Notes: generated from the sequence alone by a model not told the origin. 24,094 nucleotides of DNA from an uncultured bacterium (GCA_963977445.1 CAXBPH010000088.1:1-24094); one strand, 5' to 3'; shown: positions 8,048 through 16,957, counted from the stretch's first letter. Numbers and translations are program-made.

Positions 8048-9853
8048 TTACCGTACGGCATAGAAGGCCACCTCTTCCAATCCATTGCCATCCCGTCGGG
8101 GCAATTGGAGGGGCCGGTCCATCAGGACAAAATGACCTGGATCGATTCTCCACGTCCGAAGCATGTCGGCAATGTCCCCCGAAAGCGCCCCGGAGCCTTC
8201 CACAAAGTCGGTGGGGATCATCACATAACGAATATCATTGTCGTGGAGCCACGCCACCTGGTCTTCCAAGGTTGCGTTGGCAATCCGCTTGAGGCTCCAG
8301 TGGTTTTGGAAGGTAGGGCCGTCGATAAAATAGCTCCGCTGGTCGACGGTCAACAGCGTGCCGCCGTCGTTGAGATGGTCGTTGGCATATTGGAAGGCCC
8401 CATAGCGTTCTACCCGCGCGGTGAGATAGTCCGATTTGGATTGACGGCCCAGCACCACGTTCACCTTGAAGTGAACGGCGGCGGCGTGCAGCAGCAGGCC
8501 ATAGCCAAAACTGCCGATAAGGAGTGCGGCCACGGCGCGCTTACCCCGGGGCATGCGCTCGGCGGCCAGGGCGGCCACGACCATCATGGGCGTAAAGAAG
8601 GGCAACAAATAGCGGGCAAGGCGCTGAAAGAAGAAAAACACAACCCCACCGGCAGCGCTGTAGGCACCCAACCACCAAGCCCGGACGCCCCCCAGGATAA
8701 GGCCGGGTACACCCAGAATGAGTATCATGCCGCCGGGCGACTTGTTCCAACCATCATAATCCTGGGGCCGCATGATGATGTCCCAGGGAAAACGAATAAA
8801 GGCAAGTGCGGAGAGGCCCCGAGCCCGATCAATCGATTCGTGAGCGCCCGGCGTGGAGATGGCGATGTGATCGATGGGGCTGGCGGGAAAATAATCGAGC
8901 AAAAAGGGAAACAGGGGATTTCCCGTCACCCACCAGGTCCGCCCAAACCAGGGCAAGGCCGCCAGAAAGGCAGCGCCTGCGAAGACAAGGGTGCAGCGCG
9001 TCCGATGCCCCGAAGGTCCATGTATAACGACGGCCACGAGCAGCAACAATGCCGTGAGGTAGCCCGTGTGGCGAATGCCGCAGGCACTCCCCGCGAAGAC
9101 GGCCGCCACCACCAGCCAGGGGGTCTGCCGTGTATCCCGCCAGGCCACGAAAGCCGCGAGTGCGCCCGTGCTGTAAGCCACGAAGGGCAAATCAATACCC
9201 ACGCCCCCGGCCTGATCCATATAAACAGGCGCGGTGGCCAGCAACGCAGCCGCGACGACACCGGTCTGCCGCGTTCCAATACGGCGACCCAAACTGTAGA
9301 CCGCAAGACAGGCCAGGAGGCCAAAGGTCCAGTTGAGTAACGACACAGGCAACTCACTGCCGCCATGGTCATTGTAAAAGGCAGCGGCAAAGAGGGCATG
9401 CATGAAGTGGGGATAGCCGGAATAAACATTGCCCGGATGGAGAAATATGTGACCAACGCGGGCGTAATCGGCGGGGAGTGCCAGATGGGCCACGCAGGCA
9501 TCCCAACTGGTCACCGGCGCCAGGGCACCCACCAGGGTGAGCAGACCGGCACCCACCAGGGCGGTCAGACTGAATTTCTCAAGTAGGGAACGGGGGACGT
9601 CCGATGGGGTTGGTGCCCTTCCCGGAGAGGTCCTGCGCCGCAGCATAACGAGAACGGAGACGATGCTGATAAGGAATGCCACCCACTGCACAGCACTGAG
9701 TGAGAAGCTCCCCACGGCGATGGCAAGCCAGCCCAGGGGGATCAACCCCACGAGAAGGCGCACGGCAGCGGCTTCTGCGGCGTCAACGACGGTCAGGGAT
9801 CGCAGACAGGATCCAAGACCCCAGGCGGCCACCATGATTACTAAATATGACAC
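8048..9853 (-). CDS. Lipid-carrier-dependent glycosyltransferase, GT-C fold (ArnT/PMT-like)
   Basis: APVTSWDACVAHLALP...NVYSGYP loop motif, TGNPLFPF, RYLLP; many TM helices and a C-terminal soluble domain (IRYVMI). Confidence 0.75.
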   Translation of the reverse strand: MSYLVIMVAAWGLGSCLRSLTVVDAAEAAAVRLLVGLIPLGWLAIAVGSFSLSAVQWVAFLISIVSVLVMLRRRTSPGRAPTPSDVPRSLLEKFSLTALVGAGLLTLVGALAPVTSWDACVAHLALPADYARVGHIFLHPGNVYSGYPHFMHALFAAAFYNDHGGSELPVSLLNWTFGLLACLAVYSLGRRIGTRQTGVVAAALLATAPVYMDQAGGVGIDLPFVAYSTGALAAFVAWRDTRQTPWLVVAAVFAGSACGIRHTGYLTALLLLVAVVIHGPSGHRTRCTLVFAGAAFLAALPWFGRTWWVTGNPLFPFLLDYFPASPIDHIAISTPGAHESIDRARGLSALAFIRFPWDIIMRPQDYDGWNKSPGGMILILGVPGLILGGVRAWWLGAYSAAGGVVFFFFQRLARYLLPFFTPMMVVAALAAERMPRGKRAVAALLIGSFGYGLLLHAAAVHFKVNVVLGRQSKSDYLTARVERYGAFQYANDHLNDGGTLLTVDQRSYFIDGPTFQNHWSLKRIANATLEDQVAWLHDNDIRYVMIPTDFVEGSGALSGDIADMLRTWRIDPGHFVLMDRPLQLPRRDGNGLEEVAFYAVR

Positions 9854-10008
9854 TTTTTGTGAACTCCCGAGAATGTATCAGGGACGATAGCACTTGGTCT
9901 CGGGTTAAATCACCTGCTCGTGCTCCCGGAGCATCTGATTGCCCCCTTTCGAAGGGGGTTAATTTTGACGCGGCCGGGTCCTATTGAAGGCAGCCGACTA
10001 AAATACCG

Positions 10009-10014
10009 TATAAT
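10009..10014 (+). promoter_or_regulatory. Consensus -10 box (TATAAT) for the htrA operon
   Basis: Perfect TATAAT about 65 bp upstream of the inferred TTG start. TTGAAG at 9984-9989 is spaced 19 bp away (suboptimal). Confidence 0.4.
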
Positions 10015-10078
10015 CGCCCTAGTGATCGAATCCGTTCACCTTCCGTCCAGTTCAATAGTATCGAAAAGGAGGCAACGC

Positions 10079-11458
10079 TTGTTTGCTGCACTACATCAAC
10101 GGCTACGTTCATCCCGCGGGGTGGGGTTGACGACGCTAATACTGTTGGGAGGCTACCTCAGTGGTTGCGCCACCGCCGGCGTGGGTGCCCAGAATGCGGT
10201 TATCCATGCCAAGAACGTGGTGGCCCCCGCCCTCGTCCACATCCGCCCGGTAAAAGAAGTCTATGCCCAGGGCAAGCGCCGGGAAGTGCTGGTCGTGGGT
10301 AGTGGATTCATCATATCCGCCGACGGCTATGTGGTGACCAACGAACACGTGGCCGGCGAAAGTAAGTATGTGCGGTGCGTGTTGAGCAGCAAAGAAGAAG
10401 TGGATGCCGAAGTTATCGGCGTTGACCCCTACACCGATCTGGCCGTACTCAAGCTCAATGTGGGCTACGACCTGCCCTTTGTCCGTTTTGGCGATTCCAA
10501 TAAACTGGAAGCAGGCCAAACGGTCATCGCCATGGGCAGTCCCCACGGACTTTCCCGCTCCGTTTCGAAAGGCATTGTCAGCGTTACAGAACGCCATTTG
10601 CCGGATCAGGCGGGCAATGCGCCCTTTACCAACTGGGTACAAACCGATGCGGCCATCAATCCGGGCAACAGCGGTGGCCCCCTGGTTAACCTCCGGGGCA
10701 ACGTCATCGGCGTGAATTCCATGGTGTTGCGCGGCGCAGAAAATGTGGGCTTTGCCATTCCCAGCAACCTGGTTCGGGAAGTGGTTGATGCCCTCATCGC
10801 CGACGGACGGGTGCGACGCAGTTGGGCGGGACTGGACCTGCAGGAAATGCTGGCCCGAACCGACGACGTGGACGCCCAGGGCGTTATCGTCGCTGGGGTT
10901 GACCCCTTGTCCCCCGCCAATGAAGCCGGCATCTTGCCCGGCGACATTCTGTTGGCCCTGAATGGCACGCCGACCAATGCCCGGTTTGAAGAAGACCTCC
11001 CCCACGTCCGCCGTTTAATTGCAGCGCTCCCCGTAGGTGAGCCAGCGACCTTTCGCATTCATCGCGGTGACGCCGAGCAGGAAATTACCCTGAAGACCGA
11101 AGAACAGGGTGGCCTCAAGGGAGAACAGAGCGAATATGTAGCGTGGGGCTTCACGGCTTCCGAACTCACGGCCGATCTGATTCGTCGTGCGCGCCTCGAC
11201 TCCAGCAAGGGCGTCCTCGTTTCGGGTGTCCAGGTGGGCGGCATTGCCAACAACGCCGGCCTTACCCAGGGCGATATTATTCTTGCGGTAGACAACATCG
11301 ATGTCGTGAATCTGGCCCAGTTCAAGGAACTTTATGACGAACGGCTGGAAAGTGGTCAGCCCCGGGTGCTGCTGTCGGTACGTAACCGCGCATTGACCCG
11401 ATATGTCCTGATTTTGCAGGAAGAAGACCATGCGGAAGGAACCGACGATGAGCAGTAA
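10079..11458 (+). CDS. htrA: HtrA/DegP-family serine protease with two PDZ domains, predicted lipoprotein
   Basis: Intact triad: TNEHV (His), TDLAVL (Asp), QTDAAINPGNSGGPL (Ser). Two PDZ segments (GILPGDILL, GLTQGDIIL). AAGGAGG RBS before TTG 10079. Lipobox LSGC. Confidence 0.92.
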   Translation: MFAALHQRLRSSRGVGLTTLILLGGYLSGCATAGVGAQNAVIHAKNVVAPALVHIRPVKEVYAQGKRREVLVVGSGFIISADGYVVTNEHVAGESKYVRCVLSSKEEVDAEVIGVDPYTDLAVLKLNVGYDLPFVRFGDSNKLEAGQTVIAMGSPHGLSRSVSKGIVSVTERHLPDQAGNAPFTNWVQTDAAINPGNSGGPLVNLRGNVIGVNSMVLRGAENVGFAIPSNLVREVVDALIADGRVRRSWAGLDLQEMLARTDDVDAQGVIVAGVDPLSPANEAGILPGDILLALNGTPTNARFEEDLPHVRRLIAALPVGEPATFRIHRGDAEQEITLKTEEQGGLKGEQSEYVAWGFTASELTADLIRRARLDSSKGVLVSGVQVGGIANNAGLTQGDIILAVDNIDVVNLAQFKELYDERLESGQPRVLLSVRNRALTRYVLILQEEDHAEGTDDEQ

Positions 11459-12833
11459 GATCCTGAAAGCCGCCCTATTCTGCCTGGTATCCTTGAATGC
11501 CGTGGCGGGCGATGTATTCACCCAGAATCAACTGGAGTCCATTTATGACCGCGTCACACCGGCCATGGGCCTCCTGAAATATTCGAGCGAAGTGACCAAC
11601 GCCAGCAATGGCGAGACCTCGAAACGCGACCGCACTGCCCTTGCGCTGGTCGTTTCCGCCGATGGGCTGGTCATGACCCACGGCCATATGAAACTGGAAG
11701 GCAGCGATCCCTTTAACATTACCGTCACCCTGGGCCAGGGCGACGGCGAAAAGGAATATGATGCCGTTCTCCTGAAGAAACCCGACGATGTAAATGTCGT
11801 TTTTCTTCGTCTCCAATCCGACAAACCCCTGAATCTCCCTTTTGTTACCTTCTCTCCGGGCACGAGTCTTGGCCTGGGTGAGCCAGTCAGCCTGTTTGGT
11901 TTGCTGGGCGAAACCCTCGATTATAATCAGGGTCTCCAGGTGGCCTATGTGGGCTCGGTCCTTAAAAAACCCCGCATGACCTACTGTCTCGACGGCTCAG
12001 TGCGCTTTGGCTTTGTGAATGGCCCGGTGGTCGATACGTCCGGCCGGTTGGTTGGCGTAGTCGGCTTTGATTTGAGCACGGCGGAAGGGGGCGATCTCTA
12101 TGTACGCAGCGGCCATCCCCTCGTGTATCAGACGGAACTCTTCGCCAAATACATAAAGAATCCGCCGAGCGAAACCGCCATCGACATGGGCGAGGATCAT
12201 GCCTGGCTGGGCGTCTTTACCCAACCCCTCACCGATGATTTCGCGGCCTACTGGTCACTGAAACCCACGGGCGGCCTTATTGTGAGCACGGTGGTTCCCG
12301 GTTCGCCGGCAGCCACCATGGGACTCCGTCAGGGCGACATCATCACCCAGTTCGATGGCACGCCGGTGGTGGCGAAGCAGGACCGGGATGTGATGGGCTT
12401 CACGAAGCTCGTACGAGAAGCCGGTGCCGGCAAAGAGACCTCCATGCGTATTCTCCGGGATGGCGCTCCCCTCGAATTGACCGTAAAATTGGGTGTGCGC
12501 CCCCGCTCGTCGCAAGATGCGGATGAATATGAAGACGAAACCTTTGGGCTGACCGTTCGGGAGCTCACCCGTGATGTCCGTATTCGCCTCAACCTTTCCG
12601 AAGACGTGAATGGTGTTATTGTTCGCTCGGTGAAGTCAGGCAGCACGGCCCAGTTGGGTCGGATGCAACCCGGCGTCATCATTATGGGCCTGGGCGATAC
12701 CCCGGTCCGTAATCTGGAAGAATTCAAGAGCGCCATTGCCCTGTTACGTGAAGCAAAACCCGCCGAAGTCGCTGTGTTCGCCCGACTGGGGTCAGAAACT
12801 GGCTTCTTCCGGCTGGAACCCGTTTGGGAGTAG
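11448..12833 (+). CDS. HtrA-like trypsin-fold + 2 PDZ protein lacking the catalytic Ser (pseudoprotease)
   Basis: Signal peptide MSSKILKAALFCLVSLNAVA. DGLVMTHGH retains His; DVNVVFLRL has Asn at the Asp position; RFGFVNGPVVDTSGRLVGV replaces GNSGGP. PDZ motifs WLGV, GSPAATMGLRQGDII, MQPGVII. Confidence 0.85.
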   Translation: MSSKILKAALFCLVSLNAVAGDVFTQNQLESIYDRVTPAMGLLKYSSEVTNASNGETSKRDRTALALVVSADGLVMTHGHMKLEGSDPFNITVTLGQGDGEKEYDAVLLKKPDDVNVVFLRLQSDKPLNLPFVTFSPGTSLGLGEPVSLFGLLGETLDYNQGLQVAYVGSVLKKPRMTYCLDGSVRFGFVNGPVVDTSGRLVGVVGFDLSTAEGGDLYVRSGHPLVYQTELFAKYIKNPPSETAIDMGEDHAWLGVFTQPLTDDFAAYWSLKPTGGLIVSTVVPGSPAATMGLRQGDIITQFDGTPVVAKQDRDVMGFTKLVREAGAGKETSMRILRDGAPLELTVKLGVRPRSSQDADEYEDETFGLTVRELTRDVRIRLNLSEDVNGVIVRSVKSGSTAQLGRMQPGVIIMGLGDTPVRNLEEFKSAIALLREAKPAEVAVFARLGSETGFFRLEPVWE

Positions 12834-12834
12834 T

Positions 12835-13470
12835 ATGATTCGAATTGCTGACAACTCACCCGGCCTCCGGGGCCGGGTGAGTATCCGTTACGCGCTGCTT
12901 TTTACGAGCGTTGCTTCCGTATGCACCTGGATGACGGGATGTAGCCCCCCCAGGGACGACGGTGCCATGCTGGCCCAAATTGCGGCGGGTGGTGACTACC
13001 AGGACTGGGATGCCCTCCGCCCGCAAGTCCGCGACTATCTCTTGCACAACCCGGACGATATCCTGGGGCATTATTACTACGGCCTTAGTTTTCTCCATGG
13101 CCCGACCCCCCAATTGACCTTCGCCGAAGGTGAATTTCTGACGGCCTTGCGCCTTCTGGAAGAATCGGACGACTTTCCCACGGAAACGGCGGGAACCGAC
13201 CGCTATACCTTTTCCGGACTGATTCACCGAAAGACCGCGCTGGCCTACATGCGTGGATACCGCGAGGCGCTCCAGATTGGCCTGCCCGAGTCCTACCGCC
13301 GTGAACTGCTGCAGAAGGCCAATGATCAGGTGGAAAAAGGGCTGGAGGCCAGCCCCACATCCATCCACCTCAAGGAATATGCCGAGTTTTTGCGCGGGGC
13401 CCTCGGGCTCGACGCGCGCCAGGCCCCGAAAATAATCACGGAACGTCAGGGCGGGAACGTGGCCATATAG
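12835..13470 (+). CDS. TPR-like helical lipoprotein, hypothetical
   Basis: ATG 1 nt after the upstream stop (alternative GTG at 12877). Hydrophobic stretch ending in MTGC lipobox. TPR-like segments NPDDILGHYYYGLSFL and VEKGLEASPTS. Confidence 0.65.
   Translation: MIRIADNSPGLRGRVSIRYALLFTSVASVCTWMTGCSPPRDDGAMLAQIAAGGDYQDWDALRPQVRDYLLHNPDDILGHYYYGLSFLHGPTPQLTFAEGEFLTALRLLEESDDFPTETAGTDRYTFSGLIHRKTALAYMRGYREALQIGLPESYRRELLQKANDQVEKGLEASPTSIHLKEYAEFLRGALGLDARQAPKIITERQGGNVAI
12854..12882. other. Perfect 12-bp inverted repeat (RNA hairpin)
   Basis: ACTCACCCGGCC-tccgg-GGCCGGGTGAGT. Confidence 0.7.
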
Positions 13471-13520
13471 CCAGACCACCCAAAAATGCCCGAAAACTCC
13501 CTTTTGGAAGGCCAAAAGGT

Positions 13521-13536
13521 TGGAACGCTCATGGCT
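13521..13536 (+). promoter_or_regulatory. Sigma54-like -24/-12 motif
   Basis: TGGAACG-CTCA-TGGCT with GG-N10-GC spacing, 66 bp upstream of ATG 13602. Confidence 0.4.
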
Positions 13537-13601
13537 TTCAGGTACACTTAACGGACCATGATTTCCATGGGAATACGCTCGATGTATGGAGTTAGTCGAC
13601 A

Positions 13602-15239
13602 ATGAATGCAGCCGAATTATTCGTCCAGTGCCTCGAAGAAGAAGGCGTGAAGTATATTTTTGGTGTTCCTGGCGAAGAGAACGCCCACTTTCTGATGGCA
13701 CTGGAAAGCTCCTCCATCGAGTTTATTATGTGTCGTCATGAACAGTCCGCTGCGTTCATGGCAGAGACCTATGGCAAACTCACCCGGGAAGCCGGCGTCT
13801 GCCTCAGCACACTCGGGCCGGGCGCAACCAATCTGGTGACTGGCGTGGCCAGCGCAACGAGTGACCGCGCGCCCATGGTGGTCATCACGGGCCAGGCCGA
13901 CATCCAGCGCCAGCACAAAGAGAGCCACCAGAATATCGACGTGGTCTCCATGTTCAAGCCCGTGACCAAATCGGCCACCCCCATTATCCACCCGGACAAT
14001 ATCCCCGAGGTGGTCCGTTGGGCCTTCAAGCTGGCCATGCGTGAAAAGCCCGGTGCGTGCCACATTGAGTTGGCCGACGACGTGGCCGCCATGCCTGCGA
14101 CGAAACGCCCCGTGCGTAAAAACTATTTGCGCCGCTCCGTGGCCGACGACAAGATCATCGATATTGCCATGGAGGTCATTCGTTCCGCCAAGAATCCGGT
14201 GGTACTGGCCGGTAACGGCGCCATTCGTACGCGCACGGCGAAAATGCTCCGTGAATTTTCCGAACTGACCGGCATCGGCGTTATTTCCACCTTCATGGGC
14301 AAGGGCTGCGTACCCCGCAGTTCCGAACAATGCATCTTTACCCTCGGCCTCCAGACCAAGAACCTAGCCAACGCCGCCATCAAAGCGGCGGACCTGGTCA
14401 TTACGATTGGCTACGATCTCGTGGAATACCACCCGAGCGTCTGGAACAAATCGGGTAACAAAAAAATTATCCACATCGACTTCCTGCCCGCTGTCGTCGA
14501 CAGTCAGTATGAATTGGATGCAGAAGTGGTCGGCGATACCGCCCACACCTTGTGGATGCTGAACGAACGCTTCCGGGCCAATCCGGTACATTTTGAGCTG
14601 GATACCCAGCGCAGAACCCGGGCCGCCATGATTGAGCTTTTCGCCGAGCACAAAGATGACGATACGGATGGCACGATTCGCCCCCAGAAAGTGCTCTGGG
14701 ACGTGCGCGAAGCCATGGGACCGGAAGACATCGTGTTGAGCGACGTGGGCTCCCACAAAATGTGGATCGCCCAGTATTATCAGTGCGACGAACCCAACAC
14801 CTGTCTCATTCCCAATGGCTTTTGCTCCATGGGCTGCGCCCTGCCCGGTTCCATCGCGGCCAAGCTGGTCCATCCCGAAAAGCGGGTCATGGCTATCTGT
14901 GGTGATGGCGGCTTCCTCATGAATGTGCAGGAAATGGAAACGGCCGTCCGGCTCAAACTGAATATTGTCGTCATGGTCTGGGTGGACAATGGCTACAATC
15001 TCATTGAGTGGAAGCAGCAGAACGAATTCGATAAGCACACGGCCCTGTCTTTCGGAAACCCCGACTTTCTTCTACTGGCCCGTGCCTTTGGTTTTCATGG
15101 CCTCTTTGTGGACAAGTCCCGCGATTTAGCCGGTGCCATTGAAGAAGCCTTTTCGGTCGATAAGCCGACCTTGCTGGCCCTGCCCATCGACTATCGCGAA
15201 AATGACCGACTGACTGAGCAACTCCAAATTATTGTTTAA
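13602..15239 (+). CDS. ThDP-dependent acetolactate-synthase-large-subunit-like enzyme (possible 2-oxoglutarate decarboxylase)
   Basis: FGVPGEEN, RHEQSAAFMA, STLGPGATN, ESHQ, SDVGSHKMW, ThDP motif GDGGF...VDNGY. Confidence 0.9.
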   Translation: MNAAELFVQCLEEEGVKYIFGVPGEENAHFLMALESSSIEFIMCRHEQSAAFMAETYGKLTREAGVCLSTLGPGATNLVTGVASATSDRAPMVVITGQADIQRQHKESHQNIDVVSMFKPVTKSATPIIHPDNIPEVVRWAFKLAMREKPGACHIELADDVAAMPATKRPVRKNYLRRSVADDKIIDIAMEVIRSAKNPVVLAGNGAIRTRTAKMLREFSELTGIGVISTFMGKGCVPRSSEQCIFTLGLQTKNLANAAIKAADLVITIGYDLVEYHPSVWNKSGNKKIIHIDFLPAVVDSQYELDAEVVGDTAHTLWMLNERFRANPVHFELDTQRRTRAAMIELFAEHKDDDTDGTIRPQKVLWDVREAMGPEDIVLSDVGSHKMWIAQYYQCDEPNTCLIPNGFCSMGCALPGSIAAKLVHPEKRVMAICGDGGFLMNVQEMETAVRLKLNIVVMVWVDNGYNLIEWKQQNEFDKHTALSFGNPDFLLLARAFGFHGLFVDKSRDLAGAIEEAFSVDKPTLLALPIDYRENDRLTEQLQIIV

Positions 15240-15290
15240 CTCGACGGGGGCCTGACGGATTAACCATTCCTCGGGCTCTGCGCATATGAT

Positions 15291-15305
15291 TGGTACGCCA
15301 TGTGC
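15291..15305 (+). promoter_or_regulatory. Sigma54-like -24/-12 motif
   Basis: TGGTACG-CCAT-GTGC with GG-N10-GC spacing, 48 bp upstream of ATG 15354. Confidence 0.45.
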
Positions 15306-15353
15306 CCTTGGGTGCCATGGAATCCACGTAAAAAAATCAGGGAGAAATTGGCA

Positions 15354-16793
15354 ATGTTGAAAGAATTCTATCCGTACTACCTGGCAAATAAGCCCCAACA
15401 ACCCAATACCGACCTGGAAGTCATCGATAAATATACCGGGAAGGTCGCTACCCGCGTCGCCATGGCGGATGAAGCCGCCATCGACCTGGCCATCACCAAA
15501 GCGGTAGAAGCCGATGGCCCCATGCGACGTATGCCCGCGTACAAGCGTCAGGAAGTGCTGGAACACTGCGTCGCCCGCTTCAAGGAGCGTTTTGACGAGC
15601 TCGCGGAATCCCTCTGCATTGAAGGCGGCAAGCCCATCAAGGACAGCCGCGGGGAAGTTTCCCGCCTCATCGACACCTTCAAGATTGCCGCCGAATTGTC
15701 CGTCGACATTGGGGGTGAGGTCCTGTGTATGGATCGCAGCGCCCGGGCCCACGGCTATAGCGGCATGACGAAGCGGGTACCGATTGGCCCCTGCTCCTTC
15801 ATCTCCCCCTTTAACTTCCCCTTGAATCTGGCGGCCCACAAAGTGGCCCCGGCGTTGGCGGTGGGTTGCCCCTTCATCTTGAAGCCCGCAAGCCTCACGC
15901 CCCTCGGTGCCATCATCATCGGTGAGATTCTCGCCGAGACTGATCTTCCCGAAGGTGCCTTCTCCATTCTGCCCTGCAAACGCACCGGAGCCGCCCTCTT
16001 CACGGAAGACGAGCGCCTCAAGTTCCTGAGCTTCACCGGCTCGCCCGATGTGGGTTGGGCACTCAAGGCCAAGGCCGGCAAGAAGCCTGTCGTCCTGGAA
16101 CTCGGTGGAAACGCCGCCTGTATCGTCGATGAAGACGCGGACCTGGAAGACGTAGTCGCCCGCATGGTCATTGGCGCCTTTTATCAGTCCGGACAGAGCT
16201 GCATTGGCGTTCAGCGCATTATCGTTCACGAATCAAAATACGACGCCTTCAAAGAGAAGTTTGTCGCCGCCACCAAAAAACTCAAGGTCGGCGACCCCCG
16301 TGATGAGGACACCTTCATCGGACCCATCATCTCCAAGGGCGAAGCGGACCGTATGGAAAACTGGATTAACTCGGCCGTCGATAAGGGCGCGACCCTCCTC
16401 TGCGGCGGCGGTCGTGACGGCAACATGCTGGAAGCCACTATCCTCGAAAACGTGGACGAGAACGAGCCCATGTACGCCGAAGAGTTCTTCGGACCCGCCT
16501 GTCTGCTCACCAAGTTCAGCGACTTCGACGAAGCCCTGGAACAGGTCAACAACAGCAAGTTCGGACTTCAGGCCGGTATCTTCACCCGCGACATCTACAA
16601 GATCAACAAGGCGTGGGACGTGCTGGAAGTCGGTGGCGTGGTCATCGGTGACGTCCCCTCCTGGCGCGTGGATCACATGCCCTACGGCGGCGTGAAAGAC
16701 AGTGGCCTCGGTCGCGAAGGCATCAAATACGCCATCGAAGACATGACCGAATTACGCCTGCTGGTCGTGCGCACGCCCCCGAGCGAGATGTAA
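15354..16793 (+). CDS. Aldehyde dehydrogenase (ALDH21/RNP123-like)
   Basis: PFNFPL, KPAS, FTGS, LELGGN, GQSC (catalytic Cys), EEFFGP, PYGGVKDSGLGREG. GGGAG RBS upstream. Confidence 0.93.
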   Translation: MLKEFYPYYLANKPQQPNTDLEVIDKYTGKVATRVAMADEAAIDLAITKAVEADGPMRRMPAYKRQEVLEHCVARFKERFDELAESLCIEGGKPIKDSRGEVSRLIDTFKIAAELSVDIGGEVLCMDRSARAHGYSGMTKRVPIGPCSFISPFNFPLNLAAHKVAPALAVGCPFILKPASLTPLGAIIIGEILAETDLPEGAFSILPCKRTGAALFTEDERLKFLSFTGSPDVGWALKAKAGKKPVVLELGGNAACIVDEDADLEDVVARMVIGAFYQSGQSCIGVQRIIVHESKYDAFKEKFVAATKKLKVGDPRDEDTFIGPIISKGEADRMENWINSAVDKGATLLCGGGRDGNMLEATILENVDENEPMYAEEFFGPACLLTKFSDFDEALEQVNNSKFGLQAGIFTRDIYKINKAWDVLEVGGVVIGDVPSWRVDHMPYGGVKDSGLGREGIKYAIEDMTELRLLVVRTPPSEM

Positions 16794-16817
16794 GCAATAG
16801 TTGTAGAATGATTACAG

Positions 16818-16849
16818 GGCCACCGTCGGTAAGACGGTGGCCTTTTTTT
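16818..16849 (+). terminator. Rho-independent terminator of the ALS-like/ALDH locus
   Basis: GGCCACCGTC-ggtaa-GACGGTGGCC followed by T7. Confidence 0.9.
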
Positions 16850-16934
16850 CTTGGTCGAGGCTTTGGCTTCATTGATCGTGGACTTGGTGGACGATGTGGA
16901 CCAAGCATCCATTCCTGTTCCTTCGGACCACGAT

Positions 16935-16957
16935 GCAGGCGAGCCGCCTGCGCTCCC
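16935..16957 (-). repeat. REP-like palindrome (GGAG-tagged)
   Basis: Minus strand reads GGGAGCGCAGGCGGCTCGCCTGC: a tetranucleotide tag plus the GCAGGCG/CGCCTGC hairpin, in a convergent intergenic region. Confidence 0.5.

Noticed and set aside
9920..10078. Long N-terminal extensions in the ORF track (also 5611-5841, 7983-8153, 17584-17724, 12736-12834)
   Set aside because: Downstream starts have better RBSs, signal peptides or coupling to upstream stops; the extensions overlap promoters or other genes.
13602..15239. Biosynthetic ilvB assignment
   Set aside because: No regulatory subunit or ilvC nearby, and the motifs fit the ALDH-linked/OgdA-like subfamily better, so the symbol was withheld.
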